From Thermoplasmata archaeon (lineage in GTDB: Archaea > Thermoplasmatota > Thermoplasmata > GCA-020350865), in the NCBI GenBank assembly GCA_020348445.1, contig CP070751.1:4392901-4456900 (forward strand): a stretch of 64,000 nucleotides of DNA, read 5' to 3'. The position numbers and the translations under genes are program-made. Positions 42,697-52,765 of the stretch are shown piece by piece; the stretch's first letter is position 1, and the number at the start of each line of letters is the position of its first letter. The notes below the pieces were generated by a model. That model was not told the origin of the DNA. It ran no database searches and saw only the letters and a list, made by a program, of their open reading frames with translations.

Positions 42697-45600
42697 TTAT
42701 CTTAAAGTTCCTGTCAAGCCACAATGCGGGCACTTGACTGTAGCAGGCTTTATTGCGGCCTCTGTTAGGAAGGATTTTTTACAACCAGGACACCCTATCT
42801 GTTCAGATGTACCTGTAGATGCTTTTGACTCCGATTTATGTTGAACCGTTTTGGAAGTTGAGTCTTGCAAGTTGATTGTCCCCGCAACTTTACAGTTAGG
42901 ACATTGTACTTTAATCGGGCCACCAGTGTTCACCACATTAAATAAATGACTGCACTGTGGGCAGGTGATTTGTATTGTTGCTGATTGAAGTTGCTGCTCG
43001 GGTTGTCGTTGCTCTATTTGGGCTTTTTTTGATTCTACCGTTAAAACAGTGGTACAAAACGGGCATTTGACGTTCATTGTCATACCGATATCATTGACCT
43101 GGAGAAGGTTGTTGCAGATGGAACATTTTACTTGAAAGGTATTTGAGGTTTCGATCTCTGGCTCAGCGATTTCTGACATTGCGTGTTTCTTTTTTGTTAA
43201 AATCAAAATCACAATAATAACCGCGATGACAATGGCTAATAACACGAATAATAGGAAAGACACCGCTGGAAAATCTTCTTCTTTCTCTCTTATAGGCTTA
43301 GGCTCTGTCGTAAACTCTAGCTCGAATTTATCTTCCAACCTTTTATCTACCATATCTTTTGCTGGGGTGCCGATGGAGATTTGGTAAAGTGTATCATACT
43401 CGAGAGAATCCGAAAATGTAAGGATCATGGTCTTATTGTCGTTACTCCATGAACATGAATATTCGATTTGTGGAGATATCGAAAACGCCGATTCGACTGA
43501 CTCAGTATTCATTGGCTCGTTAAATTCTATAATAATCTCTATATTCACGGCAACATCCATTGCTTTATCATTTATTGAAGATGAGACAATAGAAGGAGAG
43601 TATATATCTATCCTAAATGCGAACCATTTTTTATTTATATGGCCTGCAGCGTCCACCGCTATTATTGTGATAGTATAATCACCATCTTCCCATTCTGAAG
43701 TATCGATATCATACGGTTCTTTAAATATCTCCAATGAATCCTGGTTTTTAGAATAATCAACTGAGATTAAGTTTAAATCAGAAATGTCAAAATCAAGGGT
43801 TGAGGCCTGCATTAATAAGGTGTTGTTTTCAGGTGAATTTAGGGTGATCTCTGGCCATGCTGTGTCCTTGGTAAAGACATACTGATCTATGTTACCAATA
43901 CTGGCCAAGTCCACTGCAATGATATCGATTACATATCTCCCGTCTTGCCAATCTTTGGTGTATATGCGATAGGGGAGGGGCAGGAGAATGTATGAATCGT
44001 TGTTTATTCTGTAATAAACCGCATCCAAGTTCTCGTCTGTAATCGTGAAATAGATCTCCATATCCTCCGTAATAATCGTGTTGTTTTCGGGTGAGTTCAA
44101 GGTGATTACTGGAGGTGTCGTATCCTTTGTAAATACGAATTGCTCCCTTCGTAGGTTGCCTGCCAAATCCTCAGCAGTTACTTCGATGACATGTCTTCCA
44201 TCTTCCCAGGAATCTGTGTCGATATTATAGGGGAAGGAGAGGTATAGAACACCATTATCGTCTTTAATATAGCTTACCTCGCCCAGATTGTCATCTGAAA
44301 TCGTGAGATTAATCTCCACATTCCATATAATATAGGAATTATTATGAGGGGAATTCAGCGTAATTGAAGGGGGTGTTGAATCGATGGTGATATTGAACCA
44401 CTGTGTAATTGCATTGCCATGGGTGTCTAATGCATAAATCTCAAGGATATAATTTGCATCTGTCCATTCTGTTGTATCGATGTCATGGGGTGGGGCAAGA
44501 GTTTGTTCTGGCCCGCTGTTCTTCGAGTATGCCACTTTATACAAATTCGGATCTAGGATGGATAAATTAATCAAAGTTCCAGGCTTGATTACAGAATTAT
44601 TAAAAGGTGATACAAGCTCTATGGTTGGAGGGAAATAGTCTGGTACCCACGGAGCTGTTAATGGATAATTGTCTTGGGAATCTGAATCAATAACATAAGC
44701 CTCATCCCCTATTCCGTCGCTACCTAGCTGATCTTGATCTGGACCGTTGTAGTCATCCTCCCCGGTATAATCAGTCCAATAGTTACCACCTGAAGGATAA
44801 CCATCATCCCAGTAATTATCGGTTCCATCATCACATGCTTGTATCGTATTATATTGAATATTGTTGTGGTAAATGTGATTATTTGAGGTATAATCTCTTA
44901 TACTTATGCCCTGATTGTTGTTAAAGGAAATGTTATTATATGTGATTTTATTCTCACTTGCGTCCCAAAGAAAAATACCAACTAAGTTATTTGAGGCAGT
45001 GTTACCTGTGATATTGTTTTCGTTAGAATCCATGATATAGATACCATCAATATTTTCCGAGCAATTATTGTCTGTGATGATGTTACTGTTGGAATTAAAT
45101 ACATAGAGACCGTATATATTATTTAAAGAGAGGTTATTGCCTCTGATGTTATTGTTAGAGGAGAAACCAAGTTCAATGCCAACTGAGGAATATGTAAGCT
45201 CCTGATTTTCAATATTAACGTTCACACAATTTGCGAGAATTACTTGTCCTGCACCGTTAGGAACCGTACTTCCTGTTTGGTTCTTCCAATAATAAATTGG
45301 TTTTCCGTTAACGGTGTTGGATGTATCGATATTGTGTGTATTCCAATGCTCCAGAAGATTACCTTTAATAAAGATACCATTTCCTAACATTGTATTACCA
45401 GTCAGAACATTCTCACTTGAAGACTCAATATAAATACCCTCAAAAAAGGTTGAGGAGATGGTATTGCCGGTTAGTCTGTTTCCATTTGAGTGACCGAGTA
45501 AAATACCATTAGGGTTATCTGAAGCGATGTTACTTTTAATGTCGTTTCTCTCTGAGTGATGGAGAATGATGACATACCAATTATCGTAGAAGTCATTATT

Positions 45601-48600
45601 AGTAATCTTGTTCTCGCTTGAATAATGGAGTTGAATGCCTACATTGTTTTCTAATGCTGTGTTACCTGTAATGTTGTTCCCAATAGAAGAATCGAGATAT
45701 AAACCACAATCGTTATTAAATAAGATGTTATTATAAATTGTATTATAATTTGAATTTATTTTTATTCCGACTTCAAGATAGCTGCTATTCACCAAAGTAA
45801 ATCCGGTCATATTCACAAAATCAGCGTTAATTGTAACTACATCGCCACTTCCTCTACAATCTATTATTGTAGTTTCGCTATTTTCCCCTGTTAAATTTAT
45901 CGTCTTATCAATTATAATATTTTCACAATAAATTCCGGCTGGTACTTCTATCGTATGCCCATCTAAGGTATCAGTATCATCAATCGCCGCCTGGATAGTA
46001 TCAAAGTATTCATCTGTATCGATGTTGTGTACAGGGCCAGGGGGTGGCGGATTCAACCACCCATTCTCGGTAGTATATGGATAGATATCCTGATTTAATC
46101 CGCCCTCTATCGCTCTTGCGTCATCAACAATCCCATCGCTCCCAGGCTGATTTTGATCGGGACCACTGCAATCATCTGGTGTTGTCCAGTCGGACCAGTA
46201 GTTGCCGCCTGAGGGGTAGCTATCGTTCCAGAAGTTAGTGCCTTCATCATAGGCTTGATTTGTATTGTCTATGATGTTGTTGTGATATATCCTGTTGCTG
46301 TTTGATAATGACTCGATAAAGATGCCGTAATAGTTATTCGATACATTGTTGCTAGTTATGTTGTTGTTTGATGAATCGGAAAGATAGATGCCTGGACCGT
46401 TGTTCGAATGAACAGTGTTGCCTATTATCCTATTATTTGATGATGATGAAAGCGAAATGCCATCATCCAAATTGTCTGAAATATTATTGCCTGTTATGTT
46501 GTTATTCGATGACGACCCAAGATATACGGCCACTAAATTGTCCACAAGAGTATTGCCTGTTATTGTATTGTTGTTCGAGGATGAGGAAAGATAGAAACCC
46601 CAATAGATCGATGATATGCTATTGTCTATGATGCTATTGTTTGATGATGAATAAAGATTGATGCCGCAATAATTGTAAAATAGATTGTTAGATGTTATGT
46701 TATTGTTTTGTGATAAACCAAGTCGGATCCCGTCGTAAAAATTGTTCGAAGCATCATTATCTATGATATTGTTGTTAGATGACCCATAAAGAGTGATGCC
46801 ACAGTTATTCCAGGGTACGCTGTTATGAAATACCCTACAGTTACGGACAGTGTAAAGTTCAATTCCTGTGTCATATGGGTCGTCTCCGCTATAGGTAATT
46901 GTAAAGCCTGTGATATTCACCCAATCTGCGGTCACATTGACAACAACTCCGCTAAAGCTTCCATTTATAATGGTGGTATCTCTATCTTCCCCGATCAGAC
47001 TGAGAGTTTTGTAGACCATCACATTTTCATAGTACGTTCCCGCAGAGACCTCTATCGTGTGTCCATCCAAAGTATCAGAATCATCAATCGCCTCCTGTAT
47101 TGTATCGAAGTATTCATTAGTATCAATATTGTGTACCTGGCCAGTTACTGGAATGCTAAGCCATCCACTCTTGATTGTATATGGATAGTTATCTTGCCCA
47201 AAAGCCCCATCTACAACTCTTGGATTGTCAACAATTCCATCATCTCCAGGTTGATCCTGATTTGGACCACTGTAATCATCAGGAGCCGTCCAATCGGACC
47301 AATGGTTGCCGCCTGATGGATAACCGTTGTCCCACAGGTTCCCGATATTCGTATTTTGATATGCCTGATTTGTATTATCAATGAAGTTATTATGATAGAT
47401 TGTGTTGTATGTAGAATCTATAAGATAAATGCCGTAATCATTGTTTGAGGAAATATTGTTATGCGTAATGTTGTTATCTGATGAAGTGTCTATATCTATA
47501 CCACGGGGATTTCCCGTGATATTATTTCCTTTAATCTGGATATTTGAAGTAAATCCAAGGCTTATACCTGAAACATCGTTTGTTGAAATATTATTGTTCA
47601 TAATATAGTTGTAAATTGATGACCAGCTAATAGAAATACCAGAAAATCCGTTGGCTGAAGCATTGTTGTTTAATATAAAATTGTTTGATGATGTTGCGGT
47701 AACTGTAATACCATTCAAATTGTTCAAGATTACATCGTTGTCCAAAACCTGATTGTTGTTAGAAGATTGTCGAATATCGATTCCAACATCATTGTTGGAT
47801 ATATAGTTACCTCTTATTGTGTTATTATTTGCAGCAAGCTGTAGATAGATACCCTGCCTTGAGTTTGTTGAGATGTTGTTTCCCTCAATTATATTGTATG
47901 ATGATGACTCAATATAAATACCGTAACTATTGTTCCGTATCTTGTTACTGTAGATGCCATTGTAATCAGACTCTATCTGTATCCCTGAGTTTGCATCTTC
48001 GCTATTAATTATTGAAAACCCTGTTATATTTACCCAATCAGCGGTGATCCGAATGACATCTCCTATTTCGTTAGCATCAATAATTGTATTGTTCACATCC
48101 TCCCCTATCAGGTTTAATCTTTTACCCACCACAACATTCTCATAATACATCCCAGAAGAGACTTCTATGGTGTGGCCATCTATTGTATCAGGATCATCAA
48201 TTGCCTCCTGGATCATATCGAAGTATTCATCTGTATCAATGTTGTGCACAGGACCTATTGGCGGCTGACTCTGCCACCCGTTCTCAGTCGTATAGGGATA
48301 ATTATCCTGATTTAATCCGCCCTCTATCGCTCTAGCGTCATCAACAATCCCATCGCTCCCAGGCTGATTTTGATCGGGGCCCCTGCAATCATCTGGTGTT
48401 GTCCAGTCGGACCAGTAGTTACCACCAGATGGGTAGTCATCATCCCAGTAGTTGGTGCATTCGTCATGGGCATGAATCGTGTTATCTACGAAATTATTGT
48501 GATAGATATTATTATCGTCTGAAGGCCAATCAACAGAATTAACAGAAATCCCATGGTAGTTATTCGAAATATTGTTAAATTTTATATTGTTGTCGTGTGA

Positions 48601-51600
48601 AAGCATATTAACAGAAATCCCATGGTAGTTATTCGATATATTGTTGTAGGTTATATTGTTATAAGAGGCGCAAAGGAAGTATGTACCATTCTCAGTGTTT
48701 GAATGAATATCGTTGTTCGTAATGTTCGACCAAACGGTAAACATCACCAACATACCATTCTTATTGTTTGAAACATTGTTGAATGTAATATCACTAAAAT
48801 ATGTTGTATCCTGGAGTATACCCCATATGCCATTCGAATGACAGTTATTGTTCGTAATTAAATTATCATACACATGCCAAAATATATAGATACCTACCTG
48901 ATTATTCGAAATGGCATTGTTGTCGCGAATAGTGTTATTGGAAGAAGTCTCGATAAATATTCCGTTGTCCCCGTTCTGAACGGTAAATCCAGAAATATTC
49001 ACCCAATCAGCATATACATAAATCACATTCCCACTCCCTCCTCCATCGATTTTAGTCGTATCCCGATCCTCTCCAACTAGACTTATTGTTTTATTCACAA
49101 TGACATTCTCATAATATGTGCCGCCTGAGGCTTCAATTGTGTGTCCATCCATGGTATCAGGATCATCGATTGCTGCTTGGATTGTATCGAAGTATTCGTC
49201 TGTATCAATGTTGTGGACTGGTTGCCTTTCCCAACCATTTGGTGTTGTGAAAGGGTAATTATCTTGGTTTGAACCGCCCGTGATGGTTCTTGGGTTGTCA
49301 ACAATCCCGTCACTACCAGGCTCATTTTGGCTTGATCCGCTGTTATCATCAGGTGTCGTCCAGTCGGACCAGTAGTTGCCGCCTGAGGGGTAGCTATCGT
49401 TCCAGAAGTTTGTGCCTTCATCATAGACTTGATTTATATTGTCTATGATATTATTGTGGTAAATTCGGTTGTTTGATGATGTTCTGAGATAGATTCCATA
49501 ATCATTGTTTGACATATTATTGTTTATTATGGTGTTGTTTAATGATGTCCAGAGATAGATACCATAATCATTGTTCGAAACATTATTGTTTATTATGGTG
49601 TTGTTTGATGATAAATGAAGATTGATGCAGCGTAAGGTGTTTGATAAATTATTATTTGTTATGGTGTTGTTTGATGACGAGTCAAGAAAGATATTCTCGT
49701 AACTGTTCGATGAAACATTATTACTTGCCATTAAGACATTTTTAGAGTATGCAATCTCTATTCCTATATCAGTGTTGGTTATTTGCAAGTTCCTCACATC
49801 TATATCTGTACAATTAGCTAGAATAAGTTGTCCGAGTGACACACCATCAATATTAATGTCGCTGCAATCCTTGTAGTAATACAATGGCTTTTCGTTCACA
49901 ATATTATTCGTAGGTATATTGTGAGAATTGAAATGTGATTGTTGATCTCCCCAAATACAAATCCCGTCATTGATGAAATTATTGTTGGTAATATTGATAT
50001 TTGATGACCAATGAAGTTCAATGCCAATCCAATTGTTCGATACATTGTTGTTAGTAATGTTGTTGTTTGATGATAAGACAAGAGCAATGCCATATTCATC
50101 ATGTAAATAAACATTGTTGTTAGTGATGTTGTTATTCGGTGATCTGGAAAGAAAAATACCATCCCAGATATTTGAATAAATATTGTTGTTATTGATGTTG
50201 TTGTTTGACGATGAGATAAGAACAATGCCAATAGTATTGTTTGAAACATTGTTGCTTGTTATTATATTGTCGTTTGAGGATGAGTAAAGACCGATGCCTT
50301 CTCCATTTCTCGTAACATTGTTGCCTGTTATCTCGTTATTTGATGATGATACAAAAAAGATACCGTCTACATTGTTTGATGATATCTTGTTATCTATAAG
50401 AAAGCTATTTGATGATGACTCAAAATATATGCCCTGCCCATTGTTAGATATGACATTGTTGTTAACGATCATACAGTTCTGGACTTTGTAAAGCTCTATC
50501 CCTGCATTCCAAAAATCACCTCCGCTATTAGTGAGTGTAAATCCTGAGACATTCACCCGATCAGCGCTCACATTCACGACATCTCCACTCCCCCCTCCAT
50601 CAATTATTGTTGTATCTTTATCCTCGCCAATTAGATTTATACTCTTGTCCACCAATACATTCTCATAATACGGTGCACTGTCATCATAAACATATACCGT
50701 GTCTCCATTGCTCGCATTTTCAATTGCCCATTGTATATGTGTGTAATTTCCAGAACCTGATCCTCCAACATACAAAGTCTTTACTATATCTTCGATACCC
50801 CAATTATCTGAGGAAGATATATCTGCCCATGAGTCTGGCCAGGATTCGTCACTACCATCAGGCCAGTTGAACAATCCCTCCGGATTATCATCGTAACTCC
50901 GAAATTCTATGCCCATGACCTGATCACAATCTATGATATTAAGAAATGAATATGAAATGGAAAGCTCAGCAGTCCAGGTCGAAGCATCAGATGAGGTTTC
51001 GTTCCACACTTCTCCTGCCCACTCATCCACTGGAACTGATTCCCATCCTGAGCCGCTCCCACGATTGATTTCCGATGTACTTACATCCCTTCTGATATAG
51101 AATTGATAATCATCTGGCTGAGGATGTAATTCTCCATTATGTTCAGTATCGATGCCTATTACTATATCATCCCCCCAATAATAGGTTGAATCGATAATGT
51201 GGCTCATAAAATATAATGTATCGTCATCATGTTTTAAATATACATTAATCTCCCCTTGGGCGTTGTAAAATCTGATCGAATTTGCATCATCCCATTCGCC
51301 TGGCGAGATTACACCATCAATTGTAGGTGTGGCTCCAAATCTTACATCAATGGTCGGGATGTATTGGTATTGCCATGAGTCTTCAGAATATAGTGTGATG
51401 TATTCGGGGTAATTTTCGTACACATCGCAATGATCCCCAAAATGCATTTCAATCATCACTTTTGGATAATATGAGGATTTGAAACCGCTGAGATCGAACC
51501 AATTCGCGATCATAGCGATATCTAGGTTAAATAACTCTGAATAACCGTTAGATATGTATTGCTCAAAATCGGCTTGCATATTATCCCCACTGTGATATAT

Positions 51601-52074
51601 CGAAACCACACCACCCCCTAAAGTAAATCTATAGCTATTGTTATCACAAGAACCGTGATATGCTTGGATATTTATGCATAGGATTGATAGGTTCATTCTC
51701 CCATATAATGAAGGGTCCATACGAATAAGTTGTTCTGATGGAACAGATCCTTCCAATTCATCAATAACAAGATTTGGACCGACAACTGTGGCTCCAGTGG
51801 AAGTCGCTATCTGTTCTACAACAGTTGGATTAAAATGATCACCATGTTCGTGGGTAATGAGGATAATATCTGCTTCTGGATTCGAAGCGGCAGGTTGTTG
51901 GATAACATCTGTATAGATTACAGGCCCGATTCCATCATCAATTATAAATTGATCATTATTTATGAATGTAACTGTTATTGTTTCTTCGTTATGAGCCAAA
52001 GCTTCTTGTGAGATTTCAAAAAATGATACTACAGTAAGAAAACACACCAATACTGCAGCGATTACCCTTTTCGT
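42697..52074 (-). CDS. About 3125-aa surface protein: MBL-fold hydrolase, CBM9/DOMON-like domain, repeated NosD/CASH right-handed beta-helix blocks, Ig-like domains, TM, three cytoplasmic Zn ribbons
   Basis: LITHEHGDHF and YHSGD; TPTIDGVISPGEW; many I..N.I..N..GI.L..S..N.I..N repeats; SbsA-like IIIEFNEPMNTES; TM FLLFVLLAIVIAVIIVILIL; six CxxC. 5' end extended to ACG 52074 behind SD GAGGTG. Confidence 0.85.
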   Translation of the reverse strand, partial: TKRVIAAVLVCFLTVVSFFEISQEALAHNEETITVTFINNDQFIIDDGIGPVIYTDVIQQPAASNPEADIILITHEHGDHFNPTVVEQIATSTGATVVGPNLVIDELEGSVPSEQLIRMDPSLYGRMNLSILCINIQAYHGSCDNNSYRFTLGGGVVSIYHSGDNMQADFEQYISNGYSELFNLDIAMIANWFDLSGFKSSYYPKVMIEMHFGDHCDVYENYPEYITLYSEDSWQYQYIPTIDVRFGATPTIDGVISPGEWDDANSIRFYNAQGEINVYLKHDDDTLYFMSHIIDSTYYWGDDIVIGIDTEHNGELHPQPDDYQFYIRRDVSTSEINRGSGSGWESVPVDEWAGEVWNETSSDASTWTAELSISYSFLNIIDCDQVMGIEFRSYDDNPEGLFNWPDGSDESWPDSWADISSSDNWGIEDIVKTLYVGGSGSGNYTHIQWAIENASNGDTVYVYDDSAPYYENVLVDKSINLIGEDKDTTIIDGGGSGDVVNVSADRVNVSGFTLTNSGGDFWNAGIELYKVQNCMIVNNNVISNNGQGIYFESSSNSFLIDNKISSNNVDGIFFVSSSNNEITGNNVTRNGEGIGLYSSSNDNIITSNNVSNNTIGIVLISSSNNNINNNNIYSNIWDGIFLSRSPNNNITNNNVYLHDEYGIALVLSSNNNITNNNVSNNWIGIELHWSSNINITNNNFINDGICIWGDQQSHFNSHNIPTNNIVNEKPLYYYKDCSDINIDGVSLGQLILANCTDIDVRNLQITNTDIGIEIAYSKNVLMASNNVSSNSYENIFLDSSSNNTITNNNLSNTLRCINLHLSSNNTIINNNVSNNDYGIYLWTSLNNTIINNNMSNNDYGIYLRTSSNNRIYHNNIIDNINQVYDEGTNFWNDSYPSGGNYWSDWTTPDDNSGSSQNEPGSDGIVDNPRTITGGSNQDNYPFTTPNGWERQPVHNIDTDEYFDTIQAAIDDPDTMDGHTIEASGGTYYENVIVNKTISLVGEDRDTTKIDGGGSGNVIYVYADWVNISGFTVQNGDNGIFIETSSNNTIRDNNAISNNQVGIYIFWHVYDNLITNNNCHSNGIWGILQDTTYFSDITFNNVSNNKNGMLVMFTVWSNITNNDIHSNTENGTYFLCASYNNITYNNISNNYHGISVNMLSHDNNIKFNNISNNYHGISVNSVDWPSDDNNIYHNNFVDNTIHAHDECTNYWDDDYPSGGNYWSDWTTPDDCRGPDQNQPGSDGIVDDARAIEGGLNQDNYPYTTENGWQSQPPIGPVHNIDTDEYFDMIQEAIDDPDTIDGHTIEVSSGMYYENVVVGKRLNLIGEDVNNTIIDANEIGDVIRITADWVNITGFSIINSEDANSGIQIESDYNGIYSNKIRNNSYGIYIESSSYNIIEGNNISTNSRQGIYLQLAANNNTIRGNYISNNDVGIDIRQSSNNNQVLDNDVILNNLNGITVTATSSNNFILNNNASANGFSGISISWSSIYNYIMNNNISTNDVSGISLGFTSNIQIKGNNITGNPRGIDIDTSSDNNITHNNISSNNDYGIYLIDSTYNTIYHNNFIDNTNQAYQNTNIGNLWDNGYPSGGNHWSDWTAPDDYSGPNQDQPGDDGIVDNPRVVDGAFGQDNYPYTIKSGWLSIPVTGQVHNIDTNEYFDTIQEAIDDSDTLDGHTIEVSAGTYYENVMVYKTLSLIGEDRDTTIINGSFSGVVVNVTADWVNITGFTITYSGDDPYDTGIELYTVRNCRVFHNSVPWNNCGITLYGSSNNNIIDNDASNNFYDGIRLGLSQNNNITSNNLFYNYCGINLYSSSNNSIIDNSISSIYWGFYLSSSSNNNTITGNTLVDNLVAVYLGSSSNNNITGNNISDNLDDGISLSSSSNNRIIGNTVHSNNGPGIYLSDSSNNNITSNNVSNNYYGIFIESLSNSNRIYHNNIIDNTNQAYDEGTNFWNDSYPSGGNYWSDWTTPDDCSGPDQNQPGSDGIVDDARAIEGGLNQDIYPYTTENGWLNPPPPGPVHNIDTDEYFDTIQAAIDDTDTLDGHTIEVPAGIYCENIIIDKTINLTGENSETTIIDCRGSGDVVTINADFVNMTGFTLVNSSYLEVGIKINSNYNTIYNNILFNNDCGLYLDSSIGNNITGNTALENNVGIQLHYSSENKITNNDFYDNWYVIILHHSERNDIKSNIASDNPNGILLGHSNGNRLTGNTISSTFFEGIYIESSSENVLTGNTMLGNGIFIKGNLLEHWNTHNIDTSNTVNGKPIYYWKNQTGSTVPNGAGQVILANCVNVNIENQELTYSSVGIELGFSSNNNIRGNNLSLNNIYGLYVFNSNSNIITDNNCSENIDGIYIMDSNENNITGNTASNNLVGIFLWDASENKITYNNISFNNNQGISIRDYTSNNHIYHNNIQYNTIQACDDGTDNYWDDGYPSGGNYWTDYTGEDDYNGPDQDQLGSDGIGDEAYVIDSDSQDNYPLTAPWVPDYFPPTIELVSPFNNSVIKPGTLINLSILDPNLYKVAYSKNSGPEQTLAPPHDIDTTEWTDANYILEIYALDTHGNAITQWFNITIDSTPPSITLNSPHNNSYIIWNVEINLTISDDNLGEVSYIKDDNGVLYLSFPYNIDTDSWEDGRHVIEVTAEDLAGNLRREQFVFTKDTTPPVITLNSPENNTIITEDMEIYFTITDENLDAVYYRINNDSYILLPLPYRIYTKDWQDGRYVIDIIAVDLASIGNIDQYVFTKDTAWPEITLNSPENNTLLMQASTLDFDISDLNLISVDYSKNQDSLEIFKEPYDIDTSEWEDGDYTITIIAVDAAGHINKKWFAFRIDIYSPSIVSSSINDKAMDVAVNIEIIIEFNEPMNTESVESAFSISPQIEYSCSWSNDNKTMILTFSDSLEYDTLYQISIGTPAKDMVDKRLEDKFELEFTTEPKPIREKEEDFPAVSFLLFVLLAIVIAVIIVILILTKKKHAMSEIAEPEIETSNTFQVKCSICNNLLQVNDIGMTMNVKCPFCTTVLTVESKKAQIEQRQPEQQLQSATIQITCPQCSHLFNVVNTGGPIKVQCPNCKVAGTINLQDSTSKTVQHKSESKASTGTSEQIGCPGCKKSFLTEAAIKPATVKCPHCGLTGTLR

Positions 52075-52309
52075 ATTTTCACCTCACGAATTATCAATTT
52101 ACTTTGCTGGTATATTCAAAATAACCAAGTTCGTCATTATCAGAATAACACTTACTCCAATCGTTACAACCCTTCGGATTCATTACCTTCCCTAAATAGT
52201 AAATGCTCAGTAGGGAATAAATACCTTTGCATACGTAAATCCGTTAAGTTACACTTATCGTAACCTTAATACCAACAAATCTCATTGGGAGCACACAAAA
52301 AGTGGTGAC

Positions 52310-52756
52310 ATGCCGAAATTCGAATACAAATGGATCTCCCCTGTCTCTTTCAGCTGTGAGGGCCTTTCCAAAATTCTTCGCGAGGTATTAGACGAGCTGG
52401 GCTACGTATTCAAAAGGGATCAGGTCGAGAAATACTATGACAAGGTCTATGTGGTCGTACCATTGTTCCGTCTTGCATATGCGTTCAGGTTCATAGTAGA
52501 GGAGCCCTCCAAGTTCACAGTTGATCTGTACGACACCCAACCGACCCACTCGAGTGTCATGCCTTACATGGAGATAGACTCAGTCACAGACGAGAACCTC
52601 AATGACATACAGAGCATGCTTAAACTCGTGGTGGAAAAACTGCCCAGAAAACCCTGGACGTTCACAAAGGGCCAGAGATTGATGCACGGTGCATTGATGC
52701 CGGAGTTTAGAAAGTCAAAAAAAGCTTGGGAAAGAATCGGAGTAAAAACCAAATGA
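52310..52756 (+). CDS. Hypothetical protein (148 aa)
   Basis: ATG-started ORF in an otherwise empty gap, with plausible composition; no motif recognised. Confidence 0.7.
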   Translation: MPKFEYKWISPVSFSCEGLSKILREVLDELGYVFKRDQVEKYYDKVYVVVPLFRLAYAFRFIVEEPSKFTVDLYDTQPTHSSVMPYMEIDSVTDENLNDIQSMLKLVVEKLPRKPWTFTKGQRLMHGALMPEFRKSKKAWERIGVKTK

Positions 52757-52765
52757 TTTTTTTTA

